Assembly: GCA_002314915.1 (NCBI GenBank)
Contig: DCHU01000041.1
Coordinates: 1-59,775, forward strand
Reading direction: 5' to 3'
From: Bacillales bacterium UBA1744
GTDB taxonomy: Bacteria > Bacillota_I > Bacilli_A > RFN20 > CAG-826
DNA: 59,775 nt
The position numbers were made by a program, and so were the translations under genes. Shown here in pieces: positions 1-10,185 of this stretch. Each line of letters starts with the position of its first letter. Positions within the stretch are counted from its first letter, which is position 1. Below the pieces are notes generated by a model. It was given only the letters and a program-made list of their open reading frames with translations. It was not told the origin of the DNA and searched no databases.

Positions 1-1689
1 GAGGAAGAAGAGCCAGCTCCTGCACCGGCTCCAACCCCTAGAACGTTGACTGAAAAGGAGAAGTTTGAAGCAAAGCTTTCCCTCATGTCCACAGAGAACC
101 AGATTATCATCCGCGATCTTCACTGTGACCTAGCAGAGGAACTCCCTCCATTTGAATTACCACCTGTTTCTTTATTAAGAACCCCGGTTAACACATCATC
201 TCCTGCCGGCATGGCTGCTGACTGTGAAATTAAGCGTGGTATCATCGACAAACTCTTCGTCGACATGCGTATCGGCGCTCATGTTGAGAGCTACACAATC
301 GGACCATCTGTCACAAGATTCAACATCGTAACAGAGCCAAACGTCCGTGTCAGCGTCATCAACGGCGTCTTAAACGACCTCGCCAAGAGACTCAACGGTA
401 TTCAGCCTCGTTTCCAGGAAGTCGTCATGGGCACTCAGACATCCGGCCTTGAGATTCCTAACGAGAAGAGCGACACCGTTTACTTCAAGGAAATGATGGA
501 CGCTTGTGGATATGGCGAAGAGCGTAAATTCCACATCCCATTTGGAAAAGATATCGCCGGTCACTATGTGACGGGTGATTTAAGAACCTTCCCTCACATG
601 CTCGTCGCAGGTTCAACAGGCTCAGGTAAATCAATCTTCATCCACGGCATCATCATGTCGCTCATCATGAAGAATAGACCTGAAGAGCTTAAGCTCATCC
701 TCGTTGACCCTAAGAGAGTTGAAATGGCTCTCTATAAGGACTTGCCACACCTCTTATGCCCAATCATCAAAGATGTCACACAGGTCAAAGTGTGTTTGGA
801 CAAACTCATTGATGAAATGGAAAGACGTAACCAGGTATTCGAGCAGGCCGGTGTCACAAACATCAAGCAGTTCAACGGCGAATACGCTGAAGAAAACGGA
901 ATCGCAAAGCTCCCGTATATCGTTCTTATTTTGGATGAGTTCGCTGATGCAGTTGACGTCTGTAAGAACATCTCGGACCCAGTCGCTCGTTTAGCCCAGA
1001 AGGCAAGAAGTGCTGGTATCCACATCGTTTTAACAACTCAGAGACCTACAGTTGACGTAGTCAATGGCCGTATCAAGGCCAACTTGCCAACAACAGTCGC
1101 TTTATGGGTAAGATCAGCAACGGACTCATGCACAATCCTCAACGAAGGCGGCGCAGAGAACCTCGCAGGACATGGCGATATGCTCGTCAACTGCCCAGAA
1201 ATCAACAAATGGGCTCTCATCCGTGCGCAAGGCTGCATGGTTTGGAACGACGAAATCAAAGGCGTCTGCAACCACATTCGTGCTCAGCAGAAGACCCATT
1301 ACGACCCGGTGTTCTTGGATTTGCACGACCACGAAGCAGAACAGAAGGCATTTGAAGAGGCAGCAGCTGCCGCTATGCCATCACGTTCTGAGCTTAGAGC
1401 AGCGGAAGGCGCATCCAAATACGAGATGATCAAAGAAGCGGTCATGCAGATGGAATACGTTTCTATCTCCAAGATCCAAAGAGAATTCTCCGTTGGATTC
1501 CCTAGAGCGGGCAAGATATTCAAGCAGCTTCAGGATGAAGGCATCGTTGAACCTAATATCCCTGGACAGGAGACAAACTCCAAAGGTTCCAAGGTCCTCA
1601 TTCACCAAAAGCAGACTTTGAGCGGCGAGAACAAAGGCACAACCGATGGAACAACAACAATCCCAGATGGCTGGGACTTACCTAGATAA
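1..1689 (+). CDS. ftsK: DNA translocase FtsK/SpoIIIE, motor and gamma domains (5' end lies upstream of the window)
   Basis: Frame 1 is open from base 1 (EEEEPAPAPAPTPR linker), so the TTG at 46 is not the real start. Walker A GSTGSGKS, Walker B LILDEFAD, C-terminal winged-helix gamma domain SISKIQREFSVGFPRAGKIF. Confidence 0.9.
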   Translation, partial: EEEEPAPAPAPTPRTLTEKEKFEAKLSLMSTENQIIIRDLHCDLAEELPPFELPPVSLLRTPVNTSSPAGMAADCEIKRGIIDKLFVDMRIGAHVESYTIGPSVTRFNIVTEPNVRVSVINGVLNDLAKRLNGIQPRFQEVVMGTQTSGLEIPNEKSDTVYFKEMMDACGYGEERKFHIPFGKDIAGHYVTGDLRTFPHMLVAGSTGSGKSIFIHGIIMSLIMKNRPEELKLILVDPKRVEMALYKDLPHLLCPIIKDVTQVKVCLDKLIDEMERRNQVFEQAGVTNIKQFNGEYAEENGIAKLPYIVLILDEFADAVDVCKNISDPVARLAQKARSAGIHIVLTTQRPTVDVVNGRIKANLPTTVALWVRSATDSCTILNEGGAENLAGHGDMLVNCPEINKWALIRAQGCMVWNDEIKGVCNHIRAQQKTHYDPVFLDLHDHEAEQKAFEEAAAAAMPSRSELRAAEGASKYEMIKEAVMQMEYVSISKIQREFSVGFPRAGKIFKQLQDEGIVEPNIPGQETNSKGSKVLIHQKQTLSGENKGTTDGTTTIPDGWDLPR

Positions 1690-1692
1690 CTT

Positions 1693-3807
1693 ATGAAAGA
1701 CACCTTTTTATCAGCAAGATTAGTGGAGAAAGACCTGATTCGACTCAGCGTCTTTTCCGCGACCCCTTATCAAAAATTCGAGGTCAAGCTCATCGTTGAT
1801 GATGTAGAAGAGGTGAAACTTACTTCAACAAAATTCGTTTCAACCCCAAATTCCATGATGTTTGATTACAGATTGGATAAACCTCTCCCATTAGGGCATA
1901 GCTATGCTATTGCTCTAGTTGGGTGGGCAATAATACCTCTTGATATGTCGGAAGTTCCTACATTTCCTTCTTTCAATGAGGCTTTCTACTACGATGGCGA
2001 TGACTTAGGCGCAACATACTCAAAAGAGGAGACTAGTTTTGCTCTTTGGGCACCTGTTGCAAGCGAAGTAACGCTCAAATTCCGCAAGAGAACATCTACC
2101 AGATGGCATTACCATCCGATGGAGAGAAGCGCCAAAGGCGTATACCGTTTAACGATCAAAGGCGATATGGAATACGCAGAGTATCTCTACATCGTCACAA
2201 ATTCAGGCGTTTCTAGAGTCGCTACCGACCCATACGCAAAAGCATCAAGCCCAAACGGCGAAAGCTCTGTCGTCTTAGATATGAGCCGTTTTAATGGCAT
2301 TCCAAGCAATGAAGAAGGCCTTTCAAGGCTCAATTCTTATATAGATGCCATCATTTATGAGGGAAATGTGAGGGATTTGACAATCGACCCGCACACAAAT
2401 ATCGAAAACAAGGGCACATTCAAAGCCCTATACCAGGAAGGTTGTTTAACTAAAGGCGGTCATCCAGCAGGTTTTGATTATATCAAATCTCTTGGAATCA
2501 CCCATCTTCAGCTCCTTCCTATAGCGGATTTCAAAACCGTTAATGAGCTTCATCCTGAAGAGAAATACAACTGGGGTTACGACCCTCAGCAGTATATGGT
2601 TCCTGAGGGAAGCTATGCATCTGATGTCCTAGACCCAGAATGCAGAATCAGGGAATGTAAGGAGATGATTTCTTCTTATCACAAAGCCGGAATCAAGATA
2701 GTTATGGATGTCGTTTTCAATCACGTCTATGACTACGTAAACTCCAGCTTTGAGAAGATAGTCCCTAACTATTACTTCAGAAAGAGGGCGACATCCGCCT
2801 TAAGCAATTGCAGTGGATGCGGAAATGACCTCGCAACCGAAAAACAGATGGTGAGAAAACTCATCCTCGATGCCTGCAAATGGTGGATCGATATGTATAG
2901 AGTCGATGGATTCCGTTTTGATTTAATGGGTCTCGTCGATGTTGAAACATTGAACTTAATCAGAGATTACGCCCGATCAGTTAAACCCGACTTCATGTTA
3001 TATGGAGAAGGCTGGAACATGGATCAGGAGACAAGAGTCCCTTTAGGGAAGATGGAGAATGCAAAACTATTAAAAGACTTCGCTTTCTTCAATGATTCAT
3101 TTAGGGAATACAACAAAAAGTACTTAACCCATGATTTCTATCATAATGGTGGTTATAAGTACGCATTGATGGGTTCTAGCATGACTTATTCCCAAATCCA
3201 TGCGAAATGGGATGATGCGGTGCAGTCCATCAACTACATCGAATGCCACGACAATGCGACATTCTTCGACTACATAACTAAAGAGTTAGGAGACACTCCA
3301 ACTCTAGAAAACAAACTCGGATTGTGCTCACTCGGACTCGTTTCGATTCTCATATCAAACGGCGTCCCATTCATCCACGCGGGACAGGAGATCGGATTGT
3401 CAAAATTCGGCAAGGATAACACCTACAATTTAGGTGATTCCTTCAACCAGTTCCCATACGATTTAGTGGATGAAAGATTCGATATGGTCGAACGTTTTAA
3501 AGGAATGGTCAACGCTAGAAAAACAAGCAGACTCTTCCTTACCTCGGCATCAAAAGACTTCGCTTCATACGTCGAGTTCGATGACCTTGAGAGAAGTGTG
3601 GTTATGACGATTAAAAATCCGATCACATACCCTCAGTTCAAGGCGGTTCAGCTCATAGTTAATCCAACGTTCCATCTGGTGACAAAGCGTTATGACGAAC
3701 CTGTGACCCTCCTTATTGGAACGGCAGGCGACGTCAGCAAAGCAAACTTCCAAATGGAAACCGTCATGGTTAACCATTGCAGCTGCATAATGGTAGGAAT
3801 CAAATAG
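1693..3807 (+). CDS. pulA: Type I pullulanase / debranching enzyme (GH13), apparently cytoplasmic
   Basis: GH13 and pullulanase signatures YNWGYDPQQY, DVVFNHV, GFRFDLMG, YGEGW, YIECHDN. No signal peptide. Starts 4 nt after the ftsK stop. Confidence 0.85.
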   Translation: MKDTFLSARLVEKDLIRLSVFSATPYQKFEVKLIVDDVEEVKLTSTKFVSTPNSMMFDYRLDKPLPLGHSYAIALVGWAIIPLDMSEVPTFPSFNEAFYYDGDDLGATYSKEETSFALWAPVASEVTLKFRKRTSTRWHYHPMERSAKGVYRLTIKGDMEYAEYLYIVTNSGVSRVATDPYAKASSPNGESSVVLDMSRFNGIPSNEEGLSRLNSYIDAIIYEGNVRDLTIDPHTNIENKGTFKALYQEGCLTKGGHPAGFDYIKSLGITHLQLLPIADFKTVNELHPEEKYNWGYDPQQYMVPEGSYASDVLDPECRIRECKEMISSYHKAGIKIVMDVVFNHVYDYVNSSFEKIVPNYYFRKRATSALSNCSGCGNDLATEKQMVRKLILDACKWWIDMYRVDGFRFDLMGLVDVETLNLIRDYARSVKPDFMLYGEGWNMDQETRVPLGKMENAKLLKDFAFFNDSFREYNKKYLTHDFYHNGGYKYALMGSSMTYSQIHAKWDDAVQSINYIECHDNATFFDYITKELGDTPTLENKLGLCSLGLVSILISNGVPFIHAGQEIGLSKFGKDNTYNLGDSFNQFPYDLVDERFDMVERFKGMVNARKTSRLFLTSASKDFASYVEFDDLERSVVMTIKNPITYPQFKAVQLIVNPTFHLVTKRYDEPVTLLIGTAGDVSKANFQMETVMVNHCSCIMVGIK

Positions 3808-3808
3808 T

Positions 3809-4609
3809 ATGTGGAAATGGATAAGGGTAGTGCTAACAGATGGATTGAGAATCCTTTGGATAGACTTGTTCTACCTCATCAGATACTCAAGACATCCAGA
3901 GAAATACCCATTAGAGAAAAGATATAAGGTCGTAAGGAACCTGATAGTTCATCTTCTAAAGTCGTATCACGGCTACTTTAAGATTGAGAACGAGGAAATA
4001 CTCAAGAATGCCACTGAAGGCGGCAAGAAAGTCCTAATTGTGAGCAATCACCTGTCTTTCACAGATTCTCTTGCGATGATTGCGGTATCAGAAAAGCCTT
4101 TGGCTTTCGTTGCTAAGAAAGACACCTACAAAATGTTCGTAGTCGGAAGATGCGCTAGAGCGATTGGTTGCCTATTCATGGATAGAAGCGATTTGAGACA
4201 GTCATTACAAATTATTAGAAGTGCCTCAAACCTCCTGAAGGACGGCACTCAGAATGTTCTTATCTTCCCGGAAGGAACAAGAAACAAAGACTTAAACGCT
4301 CCGTTGCTTGATATGCATCCAGGCTCCCTTAAAGCGGGCACCCTTGCAAAAGCCTCAATCGTTGTCGTTGCCTCATTTGGAAACCACAGAATCCTCGATA
4401 AGGAGCACAACTATAAGAGACATCTTCTCCATTACAAATACCTTGAGGAAATCACTCCTGAGCAGTATGCCGGAATGGAAACGGTTGAACTTATCTCTAA
4501 AATTAGAGATACATTGCAAGCTGGCGTTAATGAATTGCGCGAATACGACGCAAAGTTCATCGAAGAAGGCAAGCACAAAATACCTCTGAGAAAAGGTGAC
4601 ATAGACTAA
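3809..4609 (+). CDS. plsC: 1-acyl-sn-glycerol-3-phosphate acyltransferase
   Basis: HX4D motif NHLSFTD and FPEGTRN motif, with an N-terminal hydrophobic segment. Confidence 0.8.
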   Translation: MWKWIRVVLTDGLRILWIDLFYLIRYSRHPEKYPLEKRYKVVRNLIVHLLKSYHGYFKIENEEILKNATEGGKKVLIVSNHLSFTDSLAMIAVSEKPLAFVAKKDTYKMFVVGRCARAIGCLFMDRSDLRQSLQIIRSASNLLKDGTQNVLIFPEGTRNKDLNAPLLDMHPGSLKAGTLAKASIVVVASFGNHRILDKEHNYKRHLLHYKYLEEITPEQYAGMETVELISKIRDTLQAGVNELREYDAKFIEEGKHKIPLRKGDID

Positions 4610-4625
4610 AAGAAAAGCAAAAAGA

Positions 4626-4662
4626 AAAAGTGGATGAGGGCTTTTTACCCTTGTCCACTTTT
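4626..4662. terminator. Bidirectional terminator between convergent plsC and the RNA methyltransferase gene
   Basis: AAAAGTGGA (4626-4634) pairs with TCCACTTTT (4654-4662), with an inner AGGG/CCCT stem. The A-run and T-run flanks allow function in both directions. Confidence 0.8.
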
Positions 4663-4693
4663 ATCCTAGCACTTCAGATTGGAGGCTTATTTT

Positions 4694-5995
4694 TTATTTG
4701 TTTGGATCCCAATCTCTTCTAAGACCTTTTGGATAGTGGTTCTTAGCAACTCCCTGAGTTACCTTGACGAATCCCAAATTCTGAGAATCATAGGAGATGA
4801 TGTAGAAGCCGTCTGGTTTATCAAGAGGGAATGTTTCGCCTCTGATATAGGCTCTAGCGTGCTCAAGTGGAAGTGGGATTGAATAGTCTGGGGTTAAGAA
4901 GTGAGCGAGGTGGTGGTCTGGGATGTAGATGTCTCTCATCTCGAACAACTTAACGCCGTATCTTAAGATATTTAAGTGGCTGACGTCGAAGTGCTGATAG
5001 AGTGAGTAGAATTTGCTTCTCATCATCTCGTTTGATCTTCCGAGCAATCCGAAGTCTTCGATGAAGAGCTTGTATCTCTGGTTTTCTTCAACCTTTCTCT
5101 CGTATTTGCGGAGAACACCAGGTTTTCTAATTAAGCAGACGAACTGCCCTTCGCCTCTGAACTTGTGTGGATAGAGGTAAATTGACTCTGGAATGTCTTT
5201 TCCGTGATAGAAACTCTCGTCATCAACATGAGCAGGGATGAACTCGAGTTCTGGGTGTTTTGCCTTAAAGGCAAGGAGTGTACCTTCGTTCTCTTCATAG
5301 GAGAATGAGCAGGTGCTATATGCGATCGTGCCGCCTTCCTTAAGCATCGTGTATGCATACTCAAGGATTTCGATCTGTTTCTTGGAGTTTCTCTTAACCT
5401 TTTCGACCGACCAGTCGTTCTTGGCTAAGTCATTCTTTCTCATCATAGCTGAACCGCTGCAAGGAGCATCGACGATGATCTTGTCGAATGTGTTCTTGAA
5501 GTGGATGTAGGAGAAGACAAAGTCATTTGATGCAACGATGATGTTTCCGCGGCCCATACGTTCAACGTTCTGGGACATGGCTTTTGCTCTAGGATAAGAG
5601 ATATCGTTAGCGATAATGCAGCCTTTGTCGTTCATTGCGAGGGAGCAACCGATTGATTTGCCGCCTGGAGCTGCGCAGATATCAAGAATTACGTCATCTT
5701 CTTCTGGCTGAAGGAAGAATGGAACCATCATTGCAGAGGCATCCTGAATGGAGAAAACTCCATTATCGTAAAAGATGTTCTTGCCGAAGTCGTAGACTTC
5801 TTTATCATAATAGTAAGCGTGGTTTACGAAAGGGTGCTTCTTGACTAGAGGATATCTCTTTACGAATTCCTCGTCGCTAAGCTTCTTTGTGTTGAGGAGT
5901 AAGCAGTGGGTGACTTCTTCATTTTCCATGGCAGTCACTAAGTCGCTGGCTTCTTGTTCAGATAAGTAGTTTAATAATGATGATTTGAATTCCAT
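4694..5995 (-). CDS. RsmB/RsmF-family (NOL1/NOP2/Sun) SAM-dependent RNA cytosine-C5 methyltransferase
   Basis: SAM-binding DICAAPGGKS, catalytic VDAPCSGSAMMRKN and TCS motifs, C-terminal PUA-like extension as in RsmF/YebU. Confidence 0.8.
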   Translation of the reverse strand: MEFKSSLLNYLSEQEASDLVTAMENEEVTHCLLLNTKKLSDEEFVKRYPLVKKHPFVNHAYYYDKEVYDFGKNIFYDNGVFSIQDASAMMVPFFLQPEEDDVILDICAAPGGKSIGCSLAMNDKGCIIANDISYPRAKAMSQNVERMGRGNIIVASNDFVFSYIHFKNTFDKIIVDAPCSGSAMMRKNDLAKNDWSVEKVKRNSKKQIEILEYAYTMLKEGGTIAYSTCSFSYEENEGTLLAFKAKHPELEFIPAHVDDESFYHGKDIPESIYLYPHKFRGEGQFVCLIRKPGVLRKYERKVEENQRYKLFIEDFGLLGRSNEMMRSKFYSLYQHFDVSHLNILRYGVKLFEMRDIYIPDHHLAHFLTPDYSIPLPLEHARAYIRGETFPLDKPDGFYIISYDSQNLGFVKVTQGVAKNHYPKGLRRDWDPNK

Positions 5996-6055
5996 GCGTT
6001 TATTATAATAAATAAAGTGACTATATGTAAATATTTTCAGAAAGGATTTTCATCT

Positions 6056-7360
6056 ATGAGAATGGTAGATATTATCGAGAGAAAAAGAGACGGTGTCACA
6101 TTAAGTGATGCCGAGATTAGATTCTTTGTTGAAGGATACACCAAAGGAGAGATTCCTGATTATCAGGCTTCCTCGTTCGCAATGGCCACTCTTTTTAGAG
6201 GCATGAATAAGGAAGAAATCGCAACATTGACAGATGCCATGATGCACTCTGGAGATGTCATTGATTTATCCTCAATCAAAGGTGTTAAGGTTGACAAACA
6301 TTCAACAGGTGGAGTTGGCGATAAAACATCCCTTGCCTTAGGACCATTAGTCGCTGCATGCGGCGCAAAAGTCGCTAAGATGTCAGGCCGTGGATTAGGC
6401 CACACAGGCGGTACACTAGACAAGATGGAATCAATCCCTGGAATGAAAATAGAGGTCAACGAAGAAGACTTCATCAAACAGGTCAACGAAATTGGAATCG
6501 CCATTATCGGACAGACAAAGAAACTAGTCCCTGCAGACAAGAAACTCTATGCATTGAGAGACGTCACAGGAACAGTTGAATCGATACCTTTAATCGCTTC
6601 ATCAATCATGTCAAAGAAACTTGCATCTGGATCTGATGCAATCCTTTTGGACGTCAAATTCGGACGTGGCGCATTCATGAAAACACTCGATAGCGCCAAA
6701 GAATTAGCGGAAACAATGGTTGAAATCGGTGATTCTCTAAAGAGAGATACAAGAGCAATCATCACAGACATGAATCAGCCACTTGGTTTAGCGGTTGGTA
6801 ACGCACTCGAAGTCAAAGAGGCGATCGACACATTAAACGGCCACGGTCCAAAAGACTTTGTGGAGCTTGTTAGAAACGCAGGATCAATTATGCTTCAGCA
6901 GGCAGGAATCGCAAAAGATATGGAAGATGGCTACAGATTAATCGATAACGCAATCGCTGATAGAAGCGGTCTTGAGAAACTCAAAGCACTTGTGAAAGCG
7001 CAGGGTGGAGACGAGTCATACATCACAAATCCAGAGCAATTCCCAGTCGCCAAGAATATCGTCGAAATCAAGTCAGACGTTGCGGGATATGTCGAGAGAA
7101 TCGACTCCCTTGAAATTGGCTTATCGGCAATGAGATTAGGAGCGGGAAGAGAGACTATGGCTGACAAGATTGACATGTCCGCCGGAATCCTCTTAAAGAA
7201 GAAGGTTGGAGACAAAGTTGAAGTGGGAGAAGTCCTTGCTTTAGCCCATACTAACCACGAATCTTTCGCAAAAGAATTGGAAGATATCAGACACGCATTC
7301 AACATCTCTCCAGCTGAAATCAAAGTTGATCCAATCGTTCACGCATATATTAAGAAATAA
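6056..7360 (+). CDS. pdp: Pyrimidine-nucleoside phosphorylase
   Basis: MRMVDIIERKRDG N-terminus, HSTGGVGDK phosphate-binding motif, KMSGRGLGHTGGTLDK. ATG at 6056 follows the AAAGGA RBS at 6041. The GTG at 6017 in the ORF track is probably not used. Confidence 0.9.
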   Translation: MRMVDIIERKRDGVTLSDAEIRFFVEGYTKGEIPDYQASSFAMATLFRGMNKEEIATLTDAMMHSGDVIDLSSIKGVKVDKHSTGGVGDKTSLALGPLVAACGAKVAKMSGRGLGHTGGTLDKMESIPGMKIEVNEEDFIKQVNEIGIAIIGQTKKLVPADKKLYALRDVTGTVESIPLIASSIMSKKLASGSDAILLDVKFGRGAFMKTLDSAKELAETMVEIGDSLKRDTRAIITDMNQPLGLAVGNALEVKEAIDTLNGHGPKDFVELVRNAGSIMLQQAGIAKDMEDGYRLIDNAIADRSGLEKLKALVKAQGGDESYITNPEQFPVAKNIVEIKSDVAGYVERIDSLEIGLSAMRLGAGRETMADKIDMSAGILLKKKVGDKVEVGEVLALAHTNHESFAKELEDIRHAFNISPAEIKVDPIVHAYIKK

Positions 7361-7362
7361 AG

Positions 7363-7824
7363 ATGAAAGTATTATTACAGTTAGTTAAATACGCCTCGGT
7401 TACCATTGACGGCGAAAAAGTGGCGTCAATTGACCATGGTTTCCTCCTTTTTACAGGTTTTAAAGAAGGTGACACCGAGGAAACATGCCACAAGATGGCA
7501 GAAAAGATTTCAAAACTCAGAATTTTCCCTGATGAAAACGGCAAAACAAACAAGTCCATCTTTGATGTTGGCGGAAATGTTTTGAGCGTTTCGCAGTTCA
7601 CGCTCTATGCAAATTGCAGTGAAGGCAACCGTCCATCATTCGTAAATGCCATGAGACCAGAGCGTTCTAAGCCATTATTTGCCTTATTCAACAATATGCT
7701 CAGAGAAAAGTTCCCTAAGCTTGAGACAGGCGTTTTCGGTGCAGACATGAAAGTAGAACTTTTGAATGACGGACCATTCACTCTTGTGTTAGACTCTGAC
7801 GAGTTATTCGGAGGGAAGAAATGA
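7363..7824 (+). CDS. dtd: D-aminoacyl-tRNA deacylase
   Basis: SQFTLYA and GNRPSF motifs, about 150 aa. TGA stop overlaps the mnmA ATG (ATGA). Confidence 0.9.
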   Translation: MKVLLQLVKYASVTIDGEKVASIDHGFLLFTGFKEGDTEETCHKMAEKISKLRIFPDENGKTNKSIFDVGGNVLSVSQFTLYANCSEGNRPSFVNAMRPERSKPLFALFNNMLREKFPKLETGVFGADMKVELLNDGPFTLVLDSDELFGGKK

Positions 7825-8954
7825 AAGTCTTGTTAGGTTTCTCTGGCGGAGTTGATTCATCGATCGCTGCCTACAAACTAAAAGAAGCGGGATACGACGT
7901 CACCGGCGCTTTCATGCGCAACTGGGATGCTTTCGCTAATGGAGACTTCCTTGGAAACCCAACAATAAACAATGATCAGTGCCCTCAGGAAGCCGATTAT
8001 CAGGACGCTGTAGCAGTCGCTGAGAAACTCGGAATCCCTCTATTGCGAGTTGATTTCGTTAAAGAATATTGGGACTCAGTATTTACCTACTTCTTAGAAG
8101 AATATAAAAAGGGAAGAACACCAAACCCAGATGTCTTATGTAATAAGAACATTAAGTTTGACTCATTCCTCAAGTTCGCAAAAGACAACGGATTCGACTG
8201 CATTGCAATGGGACACTATGCAAAACGCGGTCAGTTTGAAGGACATGACTATTTATATAAGCCATTTGATAAGGCAAAAGATCAGACATACTTCCTTTGC
8301 CAGATTAACGAAGAGCAAATCGCAAGCTGCTTATTCCCAATGGAAGACATCACAAAAGTGGAGTCACGTGAAATCGCTAGAAAACTCGGATTGACCGAAG
8401 TTGCCGATAAACACGGCTCAACAGGCGTATGTTTCATTGGAGAACGTAACTTCAGACAGTTCTTGATGAACTATTTCCCAGCTCAGGATGGAGATATCGT
8501 CGATATTGAGACCGGAAAGAAGATCGGAAGACATGTCGGCGTACTCTATTACACCCTAGGACAGCGAAAAGGTCTCGGCATAGGCGGAATCAAGGATGGT
8601 CCGACTAAACCTTGGTTCGTCTGTAAGAAAGACGTTAAAAACAACATTTTATATGTTGCTTCAGGAAACGAAGATGAACATCTCAACTCAGATGTTTCAA
8701 TAATCACCGACATAAACTGGGTTGGACCGAAGCCAACTGAACCAATTCACGTTGGCGTTAAATTCAGATATAGACAGCAGGATTGCCCATGTATGTTGGA
8801 GTGGGATGGCGACACCATCAAACTCACACATGATGAACCATATAAGGCGGTCACACCTGGACAATACGCAGTATTCTATACCTTAGAAGAGGGAAGAATG
8901 CTCGGCGGTGGAATCATTGACCAGATATATTACAAAGGAAAAAGGGTTAACTAA
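7821..8954 (+). CDS. mnmA: tRNA 2-thiouridine(34) synthase MnmA
   Basis: PP-loop FSGGVDSS, catalytic Cys context NPDVLCNK, typical length. Confidence 0.92.
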   Translation: MKVLLGFSGGVDSSIAAYKLKEAGYDVTGAFMRNWDAFANGDFLGNPTINNDQCPQEADYQDAVAVAEKLGIPLLRVDFVKEYWDSVFTYFLEEYKKGRTPNPDVLCNKNIKFDSFLKFAKDNGFDCIAMGHYAKRGQFEGHDYLYKPFDKAKDQTYFLCQINEEQIASCLFPMEDITKVESREIARKLGLTEVADKHGSTGVCFIGERNFRQFLMNYFPAQDGDIVDIETGKKIGRHVGVLYYTLGQRKGLGIGGIKDGPTKPWFVCKKDVKNNILYVASGNEDEHLNSDVSIITDINWVGPKPTEPIHVGVKFRYRQQDCPCMLEWDGDTIKLTHDEPYKAVTPGQYAVFYTLEEGRMLGGGIIDQIYYKGKRVN

Positions 8955-8968
8955 TTGCTAACCCTTTT
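8939..8968. terminator. Bidirectional terminator between convergent mnmA and the esterase lipoprotein gene
   Basis: AAAAA-GGGTTA...TAACCC-TTTT. Overlaps the mnmA stop codon. Confidence 0.7.
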
Positions 8969-8984
8969 ACTTTTGCTTAGTTTA

Positions 8985-10055
8985 TTACCAATCGAGCAAA
9001 TTGTTCTCGAGCATGATGTTTGCATATGCTTCACCAAGTCTATATGCGTCTGGTGTGTTGTAGTGGTAGGTGTTATAACCGCCCTTAGCATCATCTCCGA
9101 TTTCAAGTTTTAAACCGTTTTCGGTGTTGAATGATCCGTCAACGCAGAAGTTGAGGTCATCATCTGATTCGTTCGCGATGGACAATTTCTGCTTATTAAC
9201 TTCTGGGCTCTTGCCATATGTCTGCTTGGAACCATCATAGATGGTGCAGTCAAGGAATGCGATCTGGTCTTTATCCTGGTCAACCGCATAATCAACGAAC
9301 TCATCCTTGAAGTCTGAGATTAACTGCTTCATTTCAGTTGCATATGTTGTACTTCCTGAATCTGATTCACCCTGGTGCCAGACAAAACCTCTTAAGACAG
9401 GTTCATAACCCTCTTCGATGATTGCGTCTAAGCAGTTCTTTGTGTATGTCTTTAGTAAATAGAAGAGAGACTTTCTTGGGTCATCTTCTCTGCTGAGCCA
9501 GGTAGCTCCATCATTCTTGTGGAAGCCTGAGCCTGAGAATGCGCACTTGATGAGGTGGACTGGATTGTCCTCTGTTGTGTACTGTGCGAGTGTGTTTGCG
9601 ATACCAAGTTCTGGGCCAAAGAACATGTCTGTCTTGCCATTTACTGAATCGCCAACGCCCATTCCAACTTTAGTTGGCTGGAAGTTAGGGGTTAATCTTG
9701 CCTCTGGAGTTGATTTATCTTCAGATGCTGTGTGTGCGTTGCTCCATCCGTTTGGATAGTAGTAGCCATAGTAGCTTGTTAAGACACTTGGAATGCCGTT
9801 GAGAACGCCATCTGTATCCATTCCCTGTTCTTCTAAATAATCCTCAAGAAGTGGAGTGTCTGATCTTGGGTGTTTCCAATAGGTTGAGCCCTCCATATTT
9901 GACTGTCCCGAAAGAACAAAGACATCAACCTTGTTATTTACAACTGGTTCTGGATCTGGAGTTTTTGATGACTCAGGTGCAGGAGCAGGTTTGTTGCCGC
10001 AGCCTACTAAAGTAAGGCATGCTAACATTGATAAAAGTGCAAATCTACTTTTCAT
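8985..10055 (-). CDS. Lipoprotein, SASA/DUF303-type carbohydrate (sialate-like) O-acetylesterase
   Basis: Signal peptide with lipobox LTLVGC. GQSNMEG and WHQGESD motifs typical of the sialic-acid-specific acetylesterase family. Confidence 0.65.
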   Translation of the reverse strand: MKSRFALLSMLACLTLVGCGNKPAPAPESSKTPDPEPVVNNKVDVFVLSGQSNMEGSTYWKHPRSDTPLLEDYLEEQGMDTDGVLNGIPSVLTSYYGYYYPNGWSNAHTASEDKSTPEARLTPNFQPTKVGMGVGDSVNGKTDMFFGPELGIANTLAQYTTEDNPVHLIKCAFSGSGFHKNDGATWLSREDDPRKSLFYLLKTYTKNCLDAIIEEGYEPVLRGFVWHQGESDSGSTTYATEMKQLISDFKDEFVDYAVDQDKDQIAFLDCTIYDGSKQTYGKSPEVNKQKLSIANESDDDLNFCVDGSFNTENGLKLEIGDDAKGGYNTYHYNTPDAYRLGEAYANIMLENNLLDW

Positions 10056-10149
10056 ATTTGTTTCCTCTGTAAAGTTATTCTAGACCTCTTATGCGCACAC
10101 CTAATGGACATATTTAGTCAATTGATATAGACAATCATACGCTTTTCGT

Positions 10150-10177
10150 TTGCAAACAAGATTTCACTCAATATAAT
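10150..10177 (+). promoter_or_regulatory. Candidate sigma-A promoter for the RNase lipoprotein gene
   Basis: TTGCAA (10150-10155), 16-nt spacer, TATAAT (10172-10177). The ATG is 8 nt downstream with no Shine-Dalgarno sequence. Confidence 0.5.
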
Positions 10178-10185
10178 ACTTCTCT

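Noticed and set aside
6163-6540. Long antisense ORFs inside well-supported genes. Examples: 6163-6540, 6931-7323, 14029-14463, 29871-30221, 35431-35838, 39409-39774, 46045-46452.
   Set aside because: They lie wholly within genes with strong motif support on the opposite strand. They have no RBS and low-complexity Ser/Leu-rich translations. These are typical shadow ORFs.
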